DNA from: Azolla caroliniana
Lineage: Eukaryota; Plantae; Polypodiophyta
Assembly: GCA_043228905.1 (NCBI GenBank)
Contig: JBHGNT010000008.1
Location: forward strand, 21,080,001 to 21,144,000
Reading direction: 5' to 3'
Length of the DNA stretch: 64,000 nt
In this document: piece after piece, positions 37,301 to 49,280 of the stretch
Numbering within the stretch: position 1 is the first letter of the stretch
Layout of the letters: each line of letters opens with the position of its first letter
The notes under the pieces: model-generated
What the model saw: only the letters and a program-made list of their open reading frames with translations
Databases searched by the model: none
What the model was told of the DNA's origin: nothing
Translations under genes and position numbers: made by a program

Positions 37301-39733
37301 GTCTTCGGCACAGTAAACTCGAGTCGGATTCCCTTCGAGCCACAGTACTCCTGGAACTGCCCCCGGTATTCCCCTCCGTTATCCGCTCATATCGCTTTCA
37401 GCTTCTTGCCGGATTCCCTTTCCACTCTCGCGTGGAGTTCTTTGAAGACGCACAACACTTGGTCCTTTGTCTTCATCGGTGCCGTCCACAGTTTTCGGCT
37501 ATGATCATCGATGAATGTTACGAAGTACTGGGCTCCGCCATGTGACTTCGTTTCTACCTGACACACATCAGTGTGCACCAACTCCAATGGTGCGCTCCGT
37601 CTCGTCGGTGGCCTTGAGTGGAAGGAGGTTCGGTTCTGCTTACCGGCCAGGCAATCGGTGCACTTCTCCAGGTGCACATGCTTCACTGGGATAAGGTTGT
37701 CTTCTGCAAGCCTCTTCATCCCCTTCTCACTCATGTGGCACAGTCTCTTGTGCCACAGCTCACCGGCAGTGTCGGCTGCCACATTCAGTTCTTCCGGACA
37801 TAACCGGGCATTCATCAGGTACAGTGTGTTGACTTTCCGGGCCCGAGCCACTATCAGGCTCCCCTTGCTGAACTTCATTACGCCGTTCCGGATGCTACCT
37901 GTGTAGCCTTCATCGTCTAGCCTCCCGGCCGAAATCAGGTTCAATCGAACCTCCGGAACGTGTCGGACATCCTTCAGCAGCATTTTGCATCCGGTCGGGG
38001 TTGTCAACCACACGTCTCCTATGCCGGAAATCCGGCACGTACCTTCATTTCCCATCCGAACACAGCCATGCTCACCGGCTGTGTAGGATGAGAAGTATCT
38101 TCTCTCCGGGGTCAGGCGGAACGATGCTCCGGAATCGACCACCCAGGTCGTCTCATCGCCGGCAACGTTTAGCTCACCTTCTTCGGTGATGAGCATGATT
38201 TCTTCCTCACTTGCCGCGAGTGCCGTTGTTCCTTTCCGGTCCTGTCCTCGCCGATCCGAACCATTCCGGTCCGTGGCTCCCTGGTATGCACCGTTTCTCT
38301 CCGGTGACTTCTTCGAATCGGTGTTGTCGGTTCCATTGTCTTTTCGGTAATGCCGACAATTCTTTCGGAAGTGCCCCGGCTTCCCACAGTGGAAGCATGT
38401 GGGCCTTCCTCTTGACTGCGACCGGGTCCCCGACTTCTCCCGTCTTTGCGGACTCCGGTTCCATTGTCTTCCCCGATCCGATTCGGTAAACAACATCTTC
38501 GGGTCGGAGGCCGGTTCCTTATCTCTCCGACGCGCTTCTTCATTCAAAATACTTGTCTTTACCGTTTGTAAGGACAAGTTATCTTCGGTGCAGGAGGTGC
38601 TGAGAGTCACCACCAAGTTCTCCCAGCTTTCTGGCAATGTACACATCAGGATGATGGCTTGCATTGCATCCTCCAACGGGAACTTAATCGCCGCAAGCTG
38701 GTTCACGAATCCCATGAACGTGCTTACGTGTTCAACCATACTCTCGCCGTCCCGGTACTTGAGGTTCACTATCTTCCTCATCAGGGAGGTCCGGTTCAAC
38801 GCATTCTTCCTCTCGTAGAGGCCCGACAGCTTCTTCCACATCTCATATGCGTTGGTGTCGTTCGCCACATGTTGTAGGACGCTTACATCGACATATTGTC
38901 GGATCGTCGCTACGGCTTTCCGGTTCAGGAGCTTCCACTCCGACTCAAGTACCCCCTTCGGTATTTCCGACCTGTCAATCGGTTCGTACAGGTCCCGAAC
39001 AATCAGAAGATCCTCCATCTTGATCTTCCAGTCGGCGTAATTCTGTGCATTCAGCACCATCATCCCCGGCTGCCCGCTGCCGCCGCCTTCCATTTTCTGC
39101 AACAGTCGCTCTGATACCAGTTTGTAAGGAATAGGCCCTTCTATTCACCTTGCTCGCTCGGCCACAACTGAGTAAACGCGAATCGATGGAGTAGAAAATA
39201 GGAACCACACGGAGAAACAAAACGCGAGTACACAGGGATTAACGTGGAAAACCCTAGATGGGAAAAACCACGGGAGTACAAGACTCCAAACAACACTATA
39301 CAAGAGAAGTATACAATGACGAGCTCCAAGGCGACGACCTTGAGCTCGCTGTCCTCGCCACAGGCGGCGGAAATACACAGAGGCGTCTACCTCTTCTTCT
39401 CTCGCGCTCTATCTCTCACTCTGTCTCACAGCTGCTCCCTCTTCACTCCTCTTGAGTGGAAAAACAGAAAAATAAGAAGCAACTACAAAACTGTTTGCCC
39501 TAAGTCATATTTATACTTATATGACTTTGGGCTATTTACAACTGTAGCCTCAGGGGCCCATAGCGAACATATTCACGGATATGTCCCTGCATCCGGATCG
39601 CTCTCCGGGTACATTCGTCATCCGGTACCGAAACCGGGGTCTTCGTCATCCGGATCCGAAACCGAAACCGGGCTTGTCGGCATTCATCTCCGATATCCGA
39701 CCATCCCATCCGAAAGGGACCGAAATCCCAACA
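34399..39733 (-). mobile_element. Young full-length Tork/Tnt1-like Copia (X1); TSD CTTCC
   Basis: 611-bp LTRs 34399-35009 and 39123-39733 with about 4 differences. PBS-Met 39108-39119, PPT 35010-35020, TSD 34394-34398 and 39734-39738. Confidence 0.97.
35020..39093 (-). pseudogene. X1 gag-pol polyprotein with one premature stop in integrase (37387-37389)
   Basis: ORFs 37387-39102 and 35020-37311 are in the same frame. KKLKAI*ADNGG here is KKLKAIRADNGG in copy X2. YVDD is intact. Confidence 0.93.
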
Positions 39734-40133
39734 CTTCCCGCATATCGCCGAGGTATTTGGAGAGCGAGAAATTGTCCTTGTGGTCCCGACAAGTAGTACT
39801 GAGGTTGCTGAAGCAAGGCTTTTGCCGTGCGCGTTCCTCTGCTTGGCTTGTGATGGACCTTGTGATTGGCCGATCTTGTCATGTTGGTTCTCTGGGGCGT
39901 CTGCGGATAAACATCCATTCATCGATGTTCGTCTGTGAGAAGACACAGATCACCAAGCGTGCCAAAAGTGTTACCGATTAGGAACACGGTCTAATAGAGG
40001 TTTTCTGCCCTTTACAGGGTCTTTTTGCCGTTCACGCTTCCCGCATGAACCGTTTACATGCATTACAATACTACTCTATTCCATATTACTGCACTCTTGT
40101 CCGTCAGTTACTATTCCGATGGACAACACCAAG

Positions 40134-40615
40134 CAACCTCATATGAAGTACCTCTCACCAATGAGGTACTTGCTGTACTCCTGCTAGGTTCCCTCCTGGA
40201 TAGTTAGGAGACGTTAGTTGTCATGTTGGGCAACATCGGGCCGGAAGGAAAACAACTATCCCTAGCAAGAGTCAAGTCGAGCTTGCTAGATGAGGAGGCA
40301 CGTCAGAAAGACAAGGATACGAGCTCCGACTCCAAAGCGCTCCTCACCGAATCGGAACGTGAAAGACAAAGCAATCGAAGTCCCAAGAACCGGGAAAAGT
40401 CGGGGACATGATCAAAGTTAAGGGGGGGAGGCCCACTTGCTTCTATTGCGGCAAGCCGGGGCACTTCTAGAAGAATTGTCGGCATTTCCGGAAAGACAAG
40501 GGAACTGACAGTACTGATTCGAAGAAGTCACCAGACCGAAACGGTTCGGATTGGCAAGGACGGGACCAGAAGGGAACGATGGCAATCGTGGCAAGTGAAG
40601 AGGAGTTGATGCTCA
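40134..40615 (+). mobile_element. Copia element Z, part 2 (gag C-terminus and zinc knuckle), truncated
   Basis: Continues the gag broken at 19950: LLLGSL..., SLLDEEAR, CFYCGKPGHF. Confidence 0.85.
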
Positions 40616-41372
40616 GTACCACATGAACCGTCGTCATCTTCGCGACCGGAGTGAAGGTCTCATTCCAGTAGATTCCATGGGTCTGTGTGTATCCCTTTGC
40701 CTCTAACCAGGCTTTGTACCGGTTGACCGAACCGTCGACATTGTACTTCACCTGTTATACCCATTTGCAATTGATCAATTTACATTGTCGAGGAGGGTCA
40801 ACCAGGTCCCATATGTCTTTTGCATCAAGTGCCTCCATTTCTTCCTCCATAGCAGCATGCCAATTTGCGTCTTTTGTTGCTTCTGTGTAGCTCTCCGGCC
40901 CACGCACTTCCACAACCTTAGTCATGTACGGATAGTGATGCGCCATGTACTCATTGTATCCATACCTCTGAACGGGGTTCTTCTGGCGGATGGAGCGACA
41001 TAACTTTTCGTTAGCCGGTTTGAGGCCCTTCTTGGCCAGTTCGGACTTCCTTTCTGAAGATCCACCTCCTTCTTTTCCAAGGTCAGATTCGCTCGGATCT
41101 GATCCTTCACTACCGGTATCCTATTCCGACATCTTCTTCTCCCCTCCTCTTTGCGCGTGAACCATCTCCTCAGTTCCTTACGTGGGGAGAGCACGACAGA
41201 GTCTCCATTACTCGCCGGTTCTTCATCGGATTGGTCATCCTGACTCAGCCGTTTATATGGCCCACTTAGCTCGAATGAGATCAGACTCTCATCTACAGTA
41301 CTAACAAGTTCATCTTCTTCTTGAACCTCTCTAGTTCACTAGCCTCATCCTCCAAAATCGGGACTTCATCGG

Positions 41373-41620
41373 GAGTTGGAGTCGGTAGGGAGTACCATGA
41401 TGGCGACTCATCAAACTCGACATCTCAACTCGCTCGTACATGTTTAGTTTAGTGGTTATAACACTTATACCCCTTTTGTTCATGCGAGTAGGCAACGAGT
41501 TGGAGACAGTAGGGAGTACCATGATGCTAACTCATCAAACTCGACATCTCAACTCACTCGTACCTATTTAGTCCGGTGGTTATAACACTTATACCCCTTT
41601 TGTTCATGCGAGTAGGCTAC
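41373..41620. repeat. Tandem duplication, 2 x 124 bp, in the Y2 integrase C-terminal region
   Basis: gagttggag...gtagggagtaccatgatg...ttgttcatgcgagtagg occurs twice. Confidence 0.85.
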
Positions 41621-43114
41621 GAGTATGCACTTCTCCGATTTCGGATCCAGCTTCCTTATCCGGAACTCATGTGCTGACACCTTATCCCTGATCAGGTGTC
41701 GTGAAAAATCCGTCACTATGTGCGGATTGTGAGGCGGAACCGCCAGGGTTATGCACTAGAAGGAATTAAGGCTCACACGCTTAGCACAAGCAATATTTAC
41801 ACATAAGACAAGTAGGTAAAAGAAAATATTCGTTTATTGCAAAAGAAAATAGATTCTTTATAATTCAAGAATCATGCTACAATGGATTAGATATGAATAT
41901 GAAAGATCATTCTTGAAAGAAAGGTGCCAACAACCATGTAAGGAGTGGTCTGATATGAATATGAGAGATTATTCTTCCCCCAATGAATGGGAGAGAGAAG
42001 AAGAGAATGGGCCCCCCAAAAAAACTAGAGAAAAAATAATGAAACATATACGGAGTTCCTTGTTGATCATAGCCTCCCCATGTTCCTTTGCATGCGTCCC
42101 CTTTTAGTTGCATGGCCTCTTTTTTAGTTGCATGGTCTCATTTTTTAGTTGCTTCACCTTTACTTTTAGTTGCATGGCCTCCTTTTTTAGTTGCTTGACC
42201 TTTATTTTTAGTTGCATGCGACCGTTCGTATAATTCAGCCACATGATCCACAATAATCCATAAAGTTCAGACCGTGCGTAATCCATACGTGTGTTGCAAC
42301 CAAACCGTAGACGCTTCCGCGCGCGCAAATCCTGACCGCGCCGTGTACGCGTCCGCACACACACTGTCGTGAAGTTTCCGGCACATAGTGAGAAACCGGG
42401 GATATTGGAGGGATCGGTGAGGTGCAATGTGTGCACCCATCCTTGTAAATTTGTATAGGAAATAGAGGCGCCTTTATGGCGCCAAACGGCAATAATTACG
42501 GGATAGAGAATCCCATGTATCGTGGGTTTACCTTACATTCCACACGACCCTCACCTTGTTCTCTGGCGTGCAAGACCCATAGGAGAGGGCGAGTTGAACA
42601 CTCCTAGTAGGCGGTTCCGCAGCAAGAGGTGGTCGTTCAAGCAAAGGGGCGTGCCCTGCACGAGGATCCTGTCGCGCGTTTAAGCCCGGGTGCTCCCCGA
42701 CCGGTCCCGGGTTGTAGGCTCCCTCTTTCCCTCTCTATGTGGAACCGGGGTCGTGTGCATGAGGCTGAGTTCTAACCGGTGCCGAAGAGCCGGTCAAAAC
42801 CAAGTGTATATGTGTGTGTGCGTGCACGCAGGTGCAGTCAACCGGTCCGTGACCCGTGGCTGTTTTGGGCCCTTGTACATACGAACCAAGGGGTAGTGAA
42901 GATGAGAGCACGTCTTCTCACTCTGCGGATGTTTATCGATCGCAACCGAGAAGAAATCGGCAGTGTGGCAAGATCTGAAGAACTCGAGCCTCTGACCGCC
43001 TCCTCTCTCCTGGTCCATGACCCTAGTGGTCTCGCATGGATTCGACATGCAAGCGCGGAATCCCGCAAGATATTTGGTGAACCCGACGTGAAGGAGGCGG
43101 CGAAGGAGTTGAAG

Positions 43115-46100
43115 ATGAGGGGATCTGAGCTTGCTGAAGCTATGGCAGTAGCCGTTTACCAGCTACTGAGCGCTCTTGGGGGAACAGGTACCCTCGACAG
43201 AGCCATAGAATTGATCGTCGATACCATAGGCCGATTTGGTGGTAAGAATGCCACGAGTTATTTGGAGGCCTATCGGGCCGAGATGATCATGAGAGACATC
43301 CCTGAAGATAGGCGGTTGTCCGGATTCCCTCAAGTGGTGACGCCGAGCATCCATGCATAGGTGCTCGAGGTGCTGGCCAGATGCCAGACGTGGGAAGTTT
43401 TCAGGGAGCGGCTCCTCGAAAAGTATGGGTTCGACGACTCACTTCGACTGTCGAAGCGGGACTTCATGGCATGGGTCGAAAGCCCTAGGAAGGGGAGGAG
43501 CACATTGGCGCTCCTCCAGGAATTTGAAACGCGGTTCGCGCGATTGTCGGCGTTAGACCAGACCGTGCTCGATACAAGCCGGGTACTGTTGTTCGTCAAA
43601 GAGGTTGACGCATTGGACAGAGATAAGGTAGGTCTCTTGTTGGAGACCGATGAAGGGCTCACAACTGACTGGGCCGTGGTTAAAGGGGTCTGTAGCCATT
43701 TCGACAAACGGCAGGAATGGAGTGATGAAGGGTCGTCGGCAGCAAGGCTTGTCCCTGCAAGGCAGTTCGAGGAGCCTTCGCCGGCACGAAAAGAAGAAAC
43801 CCGAAACTGGCTTGAGACGGAGTCGGCATCAAGTGGCATGGTCAAAGGTCCCTCCGGAGGGGCGGCGCTGGAGGAATTAACACAAATGGTGTGTGACCTC
43901 CAGATCGCGCAAGCACGACCGGAGAGAGGCGACCAGTCTCGCGACCGAAGGCCACTGGCAAGGCAGCGATGCATATGGTGCGACACATTCGGCCATGCCC
44001 GCAGAGACTGCGCGGATTTTGCAGATGCACTTAGAACTAACACGGTGTACCTCTAGGGTGGCCAAGTGCACTCCAACGAGACTCGGAGAGCCCTGGAAGT
44101 GAATATCGGGCATGGTGGAATGAAGAGTCTGATGGAAGAGGCCGCCACGCGACACACTGAGGCCGTGAATTATGTGGCGTTGGCAGGAATCCGGGTCGGG
44201 GACAACGAAGGACCGAAGGCGAGCCACTCCGGGTTCTGGCCATTGGTGCTAGAAGGCCTCTCCGGATTCCGGTTGAAGAAGGAAGAAGCCGACCGCGCGG
44301 AGCAGCGGATCCGAGAAGTCACCGGGTGGGACGATCCGGTCGAAGAAAAGTCTGGCTTCGTAGAAGCTGCATGCCAGAACTACGTGGTTTTGGTGGAAGA
44401 CAAGCCTGTGGGCAAGCCTAGAGGGGCTTGTCCCTCGCAACGGTACAACACCCGATTCAGCCCGATAAAAAGTCACGTCGGCAATTCTAGCATACCGGAC
44501 AAGGCCAAGCCTGCCGGATACTAGCTGAGCACCAAGATAGAAAGAACGACGGACCTGCGGAAGGTCCTCGAGGGAGGTGCTTGGAATCGCCAAGGAGTTC
44601 CACAACTCCACTGTGGACTTGGTGAAGCACAAACGGCTCTCTGCGGAACCTAAACTGGATCCGGAGAAACCCGTAGAGGTGCGGACTATGCACTTAGAGG
44701 ATGCGGCCCTAGAGGACGAGTTGGCAGAAAGCCATTATTCTAGATTACAGTAGGCCAGAGCCACTACCGAGACCCCTGTCCGGGTCGGGGATGTGCAAGA
44801 GCCAGTAGTGGCGCTAATAGACCATGGATCCGAGATCAATCTGATGTCCATGGACTTTTACAAGAAGGGGAAATGGCCGATCAACACCAAAAACGGTTGG
44901 AAGATACACGCAACGACCACCCGCTACGGAGGAGCTACACGGGGCGTGCTAGAACGTACGTGTGAAGATCGGCGAGGTCGAGATAAACCAACACTTTTTT
45001 GTGCAAGAGACGTCCTCACACCCAGTGATACTTGGGGAACTGTACATCACGACAGCATGCATGGAGACAAAGGAGCTCGACAACAACTCGGCATACGTGC
45101 GCGTGAAGAATCAAGATGGACGACACTCCGTCCAATTTCTGACGGTGAAACCGAATCATCAGCGTGACCGCGAGACTCTCGGTAGCAACAACCGAGGGGA
45201 TTTTTAAAGAGGGCTATCAAGGAGTGGGGCCGCGATAGTCCGGACGCGCCGGCGGAACCCTATACCTGTACCATAGGTAGGAAATTTTGGCTCTCCGACA
45301 ATGGAGGTTGTACATTAACTGGCATTAGCAGCAGGGAGAAGAAGAAGGTGGAGGAGTGGCTTAGGTCATGTGTGGCCCTCCACCCCGATGAAGAAATTAG
45401 CGGTGCCATGGAGTTGTTCTCGTTTGACGACACCTTTGGAGAGCTATGCGGTGTAGTCGATGAGGGCCTTAACGGAGACCGGATGATTCCGGCAGCTCAA
45501 TGGAAATGTACGAAGTCATCACGGACTTTGGGGAACGGATTAGGTCAGATCGGATGACCTGCGTAAGTGCGAAGTACAAGACTATGGACCGGAAGGTGAG
45601 GCCCGTCGTGGCACCCTTGCCGGAGGGCAGCGAGAAGCATATAAGGGGGGTTGTGTCGGACCCAAGTTTACGGAATCTAGTCGACATAGGACACCGGTTC
45701 ACCGACATAATGTTGCGGGAGCTCAAGGTTGGTGGGGGTGGGTTTCTATTGCTAGTGGAGGAGGACTGGTTTCGGAGAATTCTCAGAAGGCAAGGGAAAG
45801 CCATCGCGTTCTCGCCGGAGGAGATCGCGTGCGTAGACCCGACGATCGTAGAACAGATGGTGATCTTCACGGTACCGTACGTACCGTGGAATCTCAAACC
45901 GATTCCGATGCCTAGATCTCACATTCCGGAGCTAATGGAGTTGCTAAAACAGAAGGTGCAGATGGGCATCCTCGAACCATCGAGTGCCCCATATTCGAAT
46001 CGGTGGTTTACCGTGCCAAAGAAGAACGGCACACTGCGCTTCATACAGGACCTACAGCCGGTCAACAAGGTGACCATTCGAAACGCATGTATTAGACCGA

Positions 46101-46945
46101 CCATTGATGAGTTCGCAGAGGCCTTCGCAGGGAGGTCGATCCACTCGGTCGGGGATCTGTACTTAGGGTACGATCAGTTCCAACTAGCCGTAGAGAGCAG
46201 GGATGTCACGACGATGCGGACTCCTCTCGGCCTAGTTTGGATGTGTACCCTACTGCAAGGGGGAACAAACTTGGTGGCGCACATGGTGAATGCGATGAAC
46301 AAGGTGTTGAGGGACTGCATCCCGGACCTCACCATGCCGTTTCTTGAAGGCATCCCGATCAAAGGATGTCTAGTGGAGGACAAGGACGAGTTGGTCGGGC
46401 CCGACAGTTGTCGAAGGTTCATGACGGATCACATCCGCGACTGTGAGAAGGTGCTACAAAGACTCAAGAGCGCGTGGGTCACCTTCTCCGGAGAAAAATC
46501 AGCCTTCGGACAGCCGGAGATCCTAGTAGTTGGACACCTATGCAGGCCTTACGGCCGGAAGCCATCCCCGGCGAATGTAGACGCTATCTCCGCGATGAAG
46601 GATGATTGCGGGTCGGTCACGGAGGTCCGAAGGATCCTGGGGGCATGTGCGTTCTATCACATCTGGATTCCAAACTACGCGCATGTCGCGGAACCGCTTT
46701 ACGGGTTATTAAAGAAAGGGCTCCGGTTCGAATGGAGGACGGAGCACACGGAGTTGGTCCGGAGACTGAAGGAGGCGCTTGTCACGGCACTGGCTCTTCG
46801 GAAAGCGGTTTACAGCAAGGAAGTTCCCATTTACATGACGGTGGACACGAGCCTGACCGGGATTGGGTGGGTGATCAATCAGGAAGACGAGGACGGCATA
46901 TGGTTCCCAATCCGGTTCAGGGCAAAGGTATTGATCGTGCGTTAG
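43115..46945 (+). pseudogene. Element B gag-PR-RT-partial RNaseH, degenerate
   Basis: Homologous to G2: CIWCDTFGHARRDC, LIDHGSEIN and RT 45500-46945 with FLDD mutated to FLEG. Ends inside RNaseH. Confidence 0.88.
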
Positions 46946-49280
46946 CGAGGACGAAGTGCTGCCAGACCGTGTACCAAGCTCTCTCTCCTCCTTCAGTTGT
47001 CATTCTCTGCGGGTTTTGGAGATCGTCACCTTTGCTTCGTGGACAGCCCTATGCGCTTCCATCAGAGGCTCTCCCTTCGTGTTTCTGTGCTTGGCATGTG
47101 ATGCCTGTGTGTGTGTGGGTGAACTCCCGTGTTGGGTCCGTTACCGGTGTGCCGGTTGTAATCGTTATTGGTGTTATAATCGAATTGTTCTGTTTTCTCT
47201 CTCTCTCTTTCAATGTGTTCAGCAAAACGCTCTCTCTTTCCTCTCTCACGCTCCTTGATTCAGGGCCCCCACGGTCCCGTCTCATTTGGTGAACCCGACG
47301 TGAAAGGCGGCGACGAAGAGTGGAGTTGGAGGCCGAAGACTTCGAGGGGAGGAGTCGAGGAGCGGCGCATTGTCATGAGCAAGGTCAAACGAGTCGACCG
47401 TTACAACGGCAAGGAGGGTGCGAAACGAATCGCCCTCTCTTACATGGGGAGAAAGACCAACGAGGCGAAGGTCGGGAATTGGGAAGAAGATGATCGACGG
47501 CGTGGAACAAGTACGGCAGGATTGGCATCGGAGCCGAAACTCCGGACATTGGAGAATCAAGCCCAGACAGGGGTTGATCGATCATAGAGCGGGTGCTTTC
47601 CACCGACACCACTAAAAGGGTCGGTGGTCCGAACGAGTCGTCGGGAGTTGTTACGAAATCAGTGTACGCACATCTTGACCGGAGACTTCGACAGTTCGGC
47701 CGGTGTGGCAACGTGAGACCGAAAGAGAAGGGAGATGGAGGCGGGAGCACAGCAAGGAGAGCGACGGCGAGTTCGGGAGAAGTACAAGAGATGAAGCGGA
47801 AAATGAAGACCCGGTCCTATGGGTCACCTCACACCGGTCTAGAGACTTCGGTGGTCGGCATCGGATCTGACGTAAGACCAAGATACTGGCGGTGGTGGTA
47901 GGAGAACAGGCCCCGGCAATGCAGAGTGACGGACGGGACCAGACGAGAACCGGGAGAGTGGCCTTCCGGATAACCGATCCGGAAGGGAAGAAAAGAAGTC
48001 GGTACCATGGTACCATGGGAGAGGGTACGGAGCAAGCCGCACTCTCGACATGCAGAGAAGGACGACCCATGATAGGGTCGTGATGACAAATTGAGGGCCA
48101 GAGAAGGAGCATCCACATCGGCTCCGGAGACTTTGGCTGTGCAAGCCGGCGAGGCGACGTAAGACCAAGGAGAAGAACGGTGGCGGCTAGGTGACGAAGG
48201 CAAGAACGGCAAAGAAGGTATCCGGCCAGTGAGGCGGCCATGAACCGAATAGGACCTTCTGGCAAGGTTGAATGAGGATAAGGAAGACCCAGTCCTATGG
48301 GGTCCTCACACCGCTCCGGAGACCTTGGCTGTGCAAGCCGGCGAAGCGACATAAGACCAAAGAGAAGGACGGTGGCGGCAGGAATCGGGACCTTGCAACG
48401 CGGAAGATACAAGGACACCCGAATTTCAGTAAGCAACGAAACAAAAGACACCCGAATTTCAGCAAGCAACGAAACGAAGACCGGTCCTATGGGATCTTCA
48501 CACCGATCCAGAGACTCCGGCTGTTCGGCCAACGTGGCAACTTAAGACCGAGAGAGAAGGATGGTGGCGGCAAGGAATGGGACCCAGCATCGACAATAGC
48601 CAGCAAGACGGAAGCTGTCTAAGTGCAAAACCCCTACTGGCCGATTACGGTTTCCGAAGGAGCCAGTAAGGGAAAGTACGGGCGGTGTGCCAAGCCGGGA
48701 AGGGCACACCCAGAGTTGTAGAAGATTCATGCAAGTGGCGATTGAGGGCCGAATCAGAGCACGACTAAAGGACGGCACGCACACGATGGTTCCGGGAACG
48801 CGGAAAGGGGTGCGCGATGGACTGCGCAGGTCAGAGACCGAGAAAGATATACAGGCCGGAGAAGGATCCTCCACGCCCGCTTCGGAGATCTCGGCGGCTT
48901 AGTAGGAGGGGCAACGACTAGCATGGCAAGCCAAGCCCGAGATGACAAGCTAGTGGGGGTGAGGGGATGACGGCGAGCGAAAGTCTTCAACCTGGCGGCA
49001 GCGGCGCAAGATGAAAGAGGGCCAAGCAGGCTACTATGGATATTCCTCGGACGCAGAGGACACCCACAGGCGAAAGGGAAGCGGTGGTACTGGGACTTTG
49101 CACGCACCGACTCTAGAGACTCCGGCATCCGGCCTGAGAGCCCGTGTGAGACCGAGAGTGATAGACGGTAGCGGCGGCAATGACGGCAACTAAGACAATG
49201 CGGCGACAGACTGAGGCCAAGCGGGTCGTTACGGGCACTCCTCGAGCGGAGGACCCTGGGCTTACGACGGATAGCGGAGC
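46946..49280 (+). mobile_element. Segment C: 3' part of a different LTR, a second Trp PBS (47287-47303) and a repeat-rich internal region without pol
   Basis: ...cccgtctca-tt-tggtgaacccgacgtga, a short gag-like start (DRYNGK) and five copies of a gagac...gtaagacc...ggtggc motif. Confidence 0.65.

Larger units (their letters stand above)
19951..40128 (-). mobile_element. Athila-like Ty3/Gypsy element with two nested insertions; TSD CCAAG
   Basis: LTRs 19951-20400 and 39969-40128 (the second internally deleted). TSD at 19946-19950 and 40129-40133. PBS-like tggcacgc at 39951-39964. The host gag reads through across the insertion site. Confidence 0.92.

Noticed and set aside
47600-48600. Hammerhead ribozyme (retrozyme) in the repeats of segment C
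   Set aside because: I could not find the CUGANGA/GAAA core with flanking stems by eye. An Infernal scan would be needed to exclude other ribozymes.
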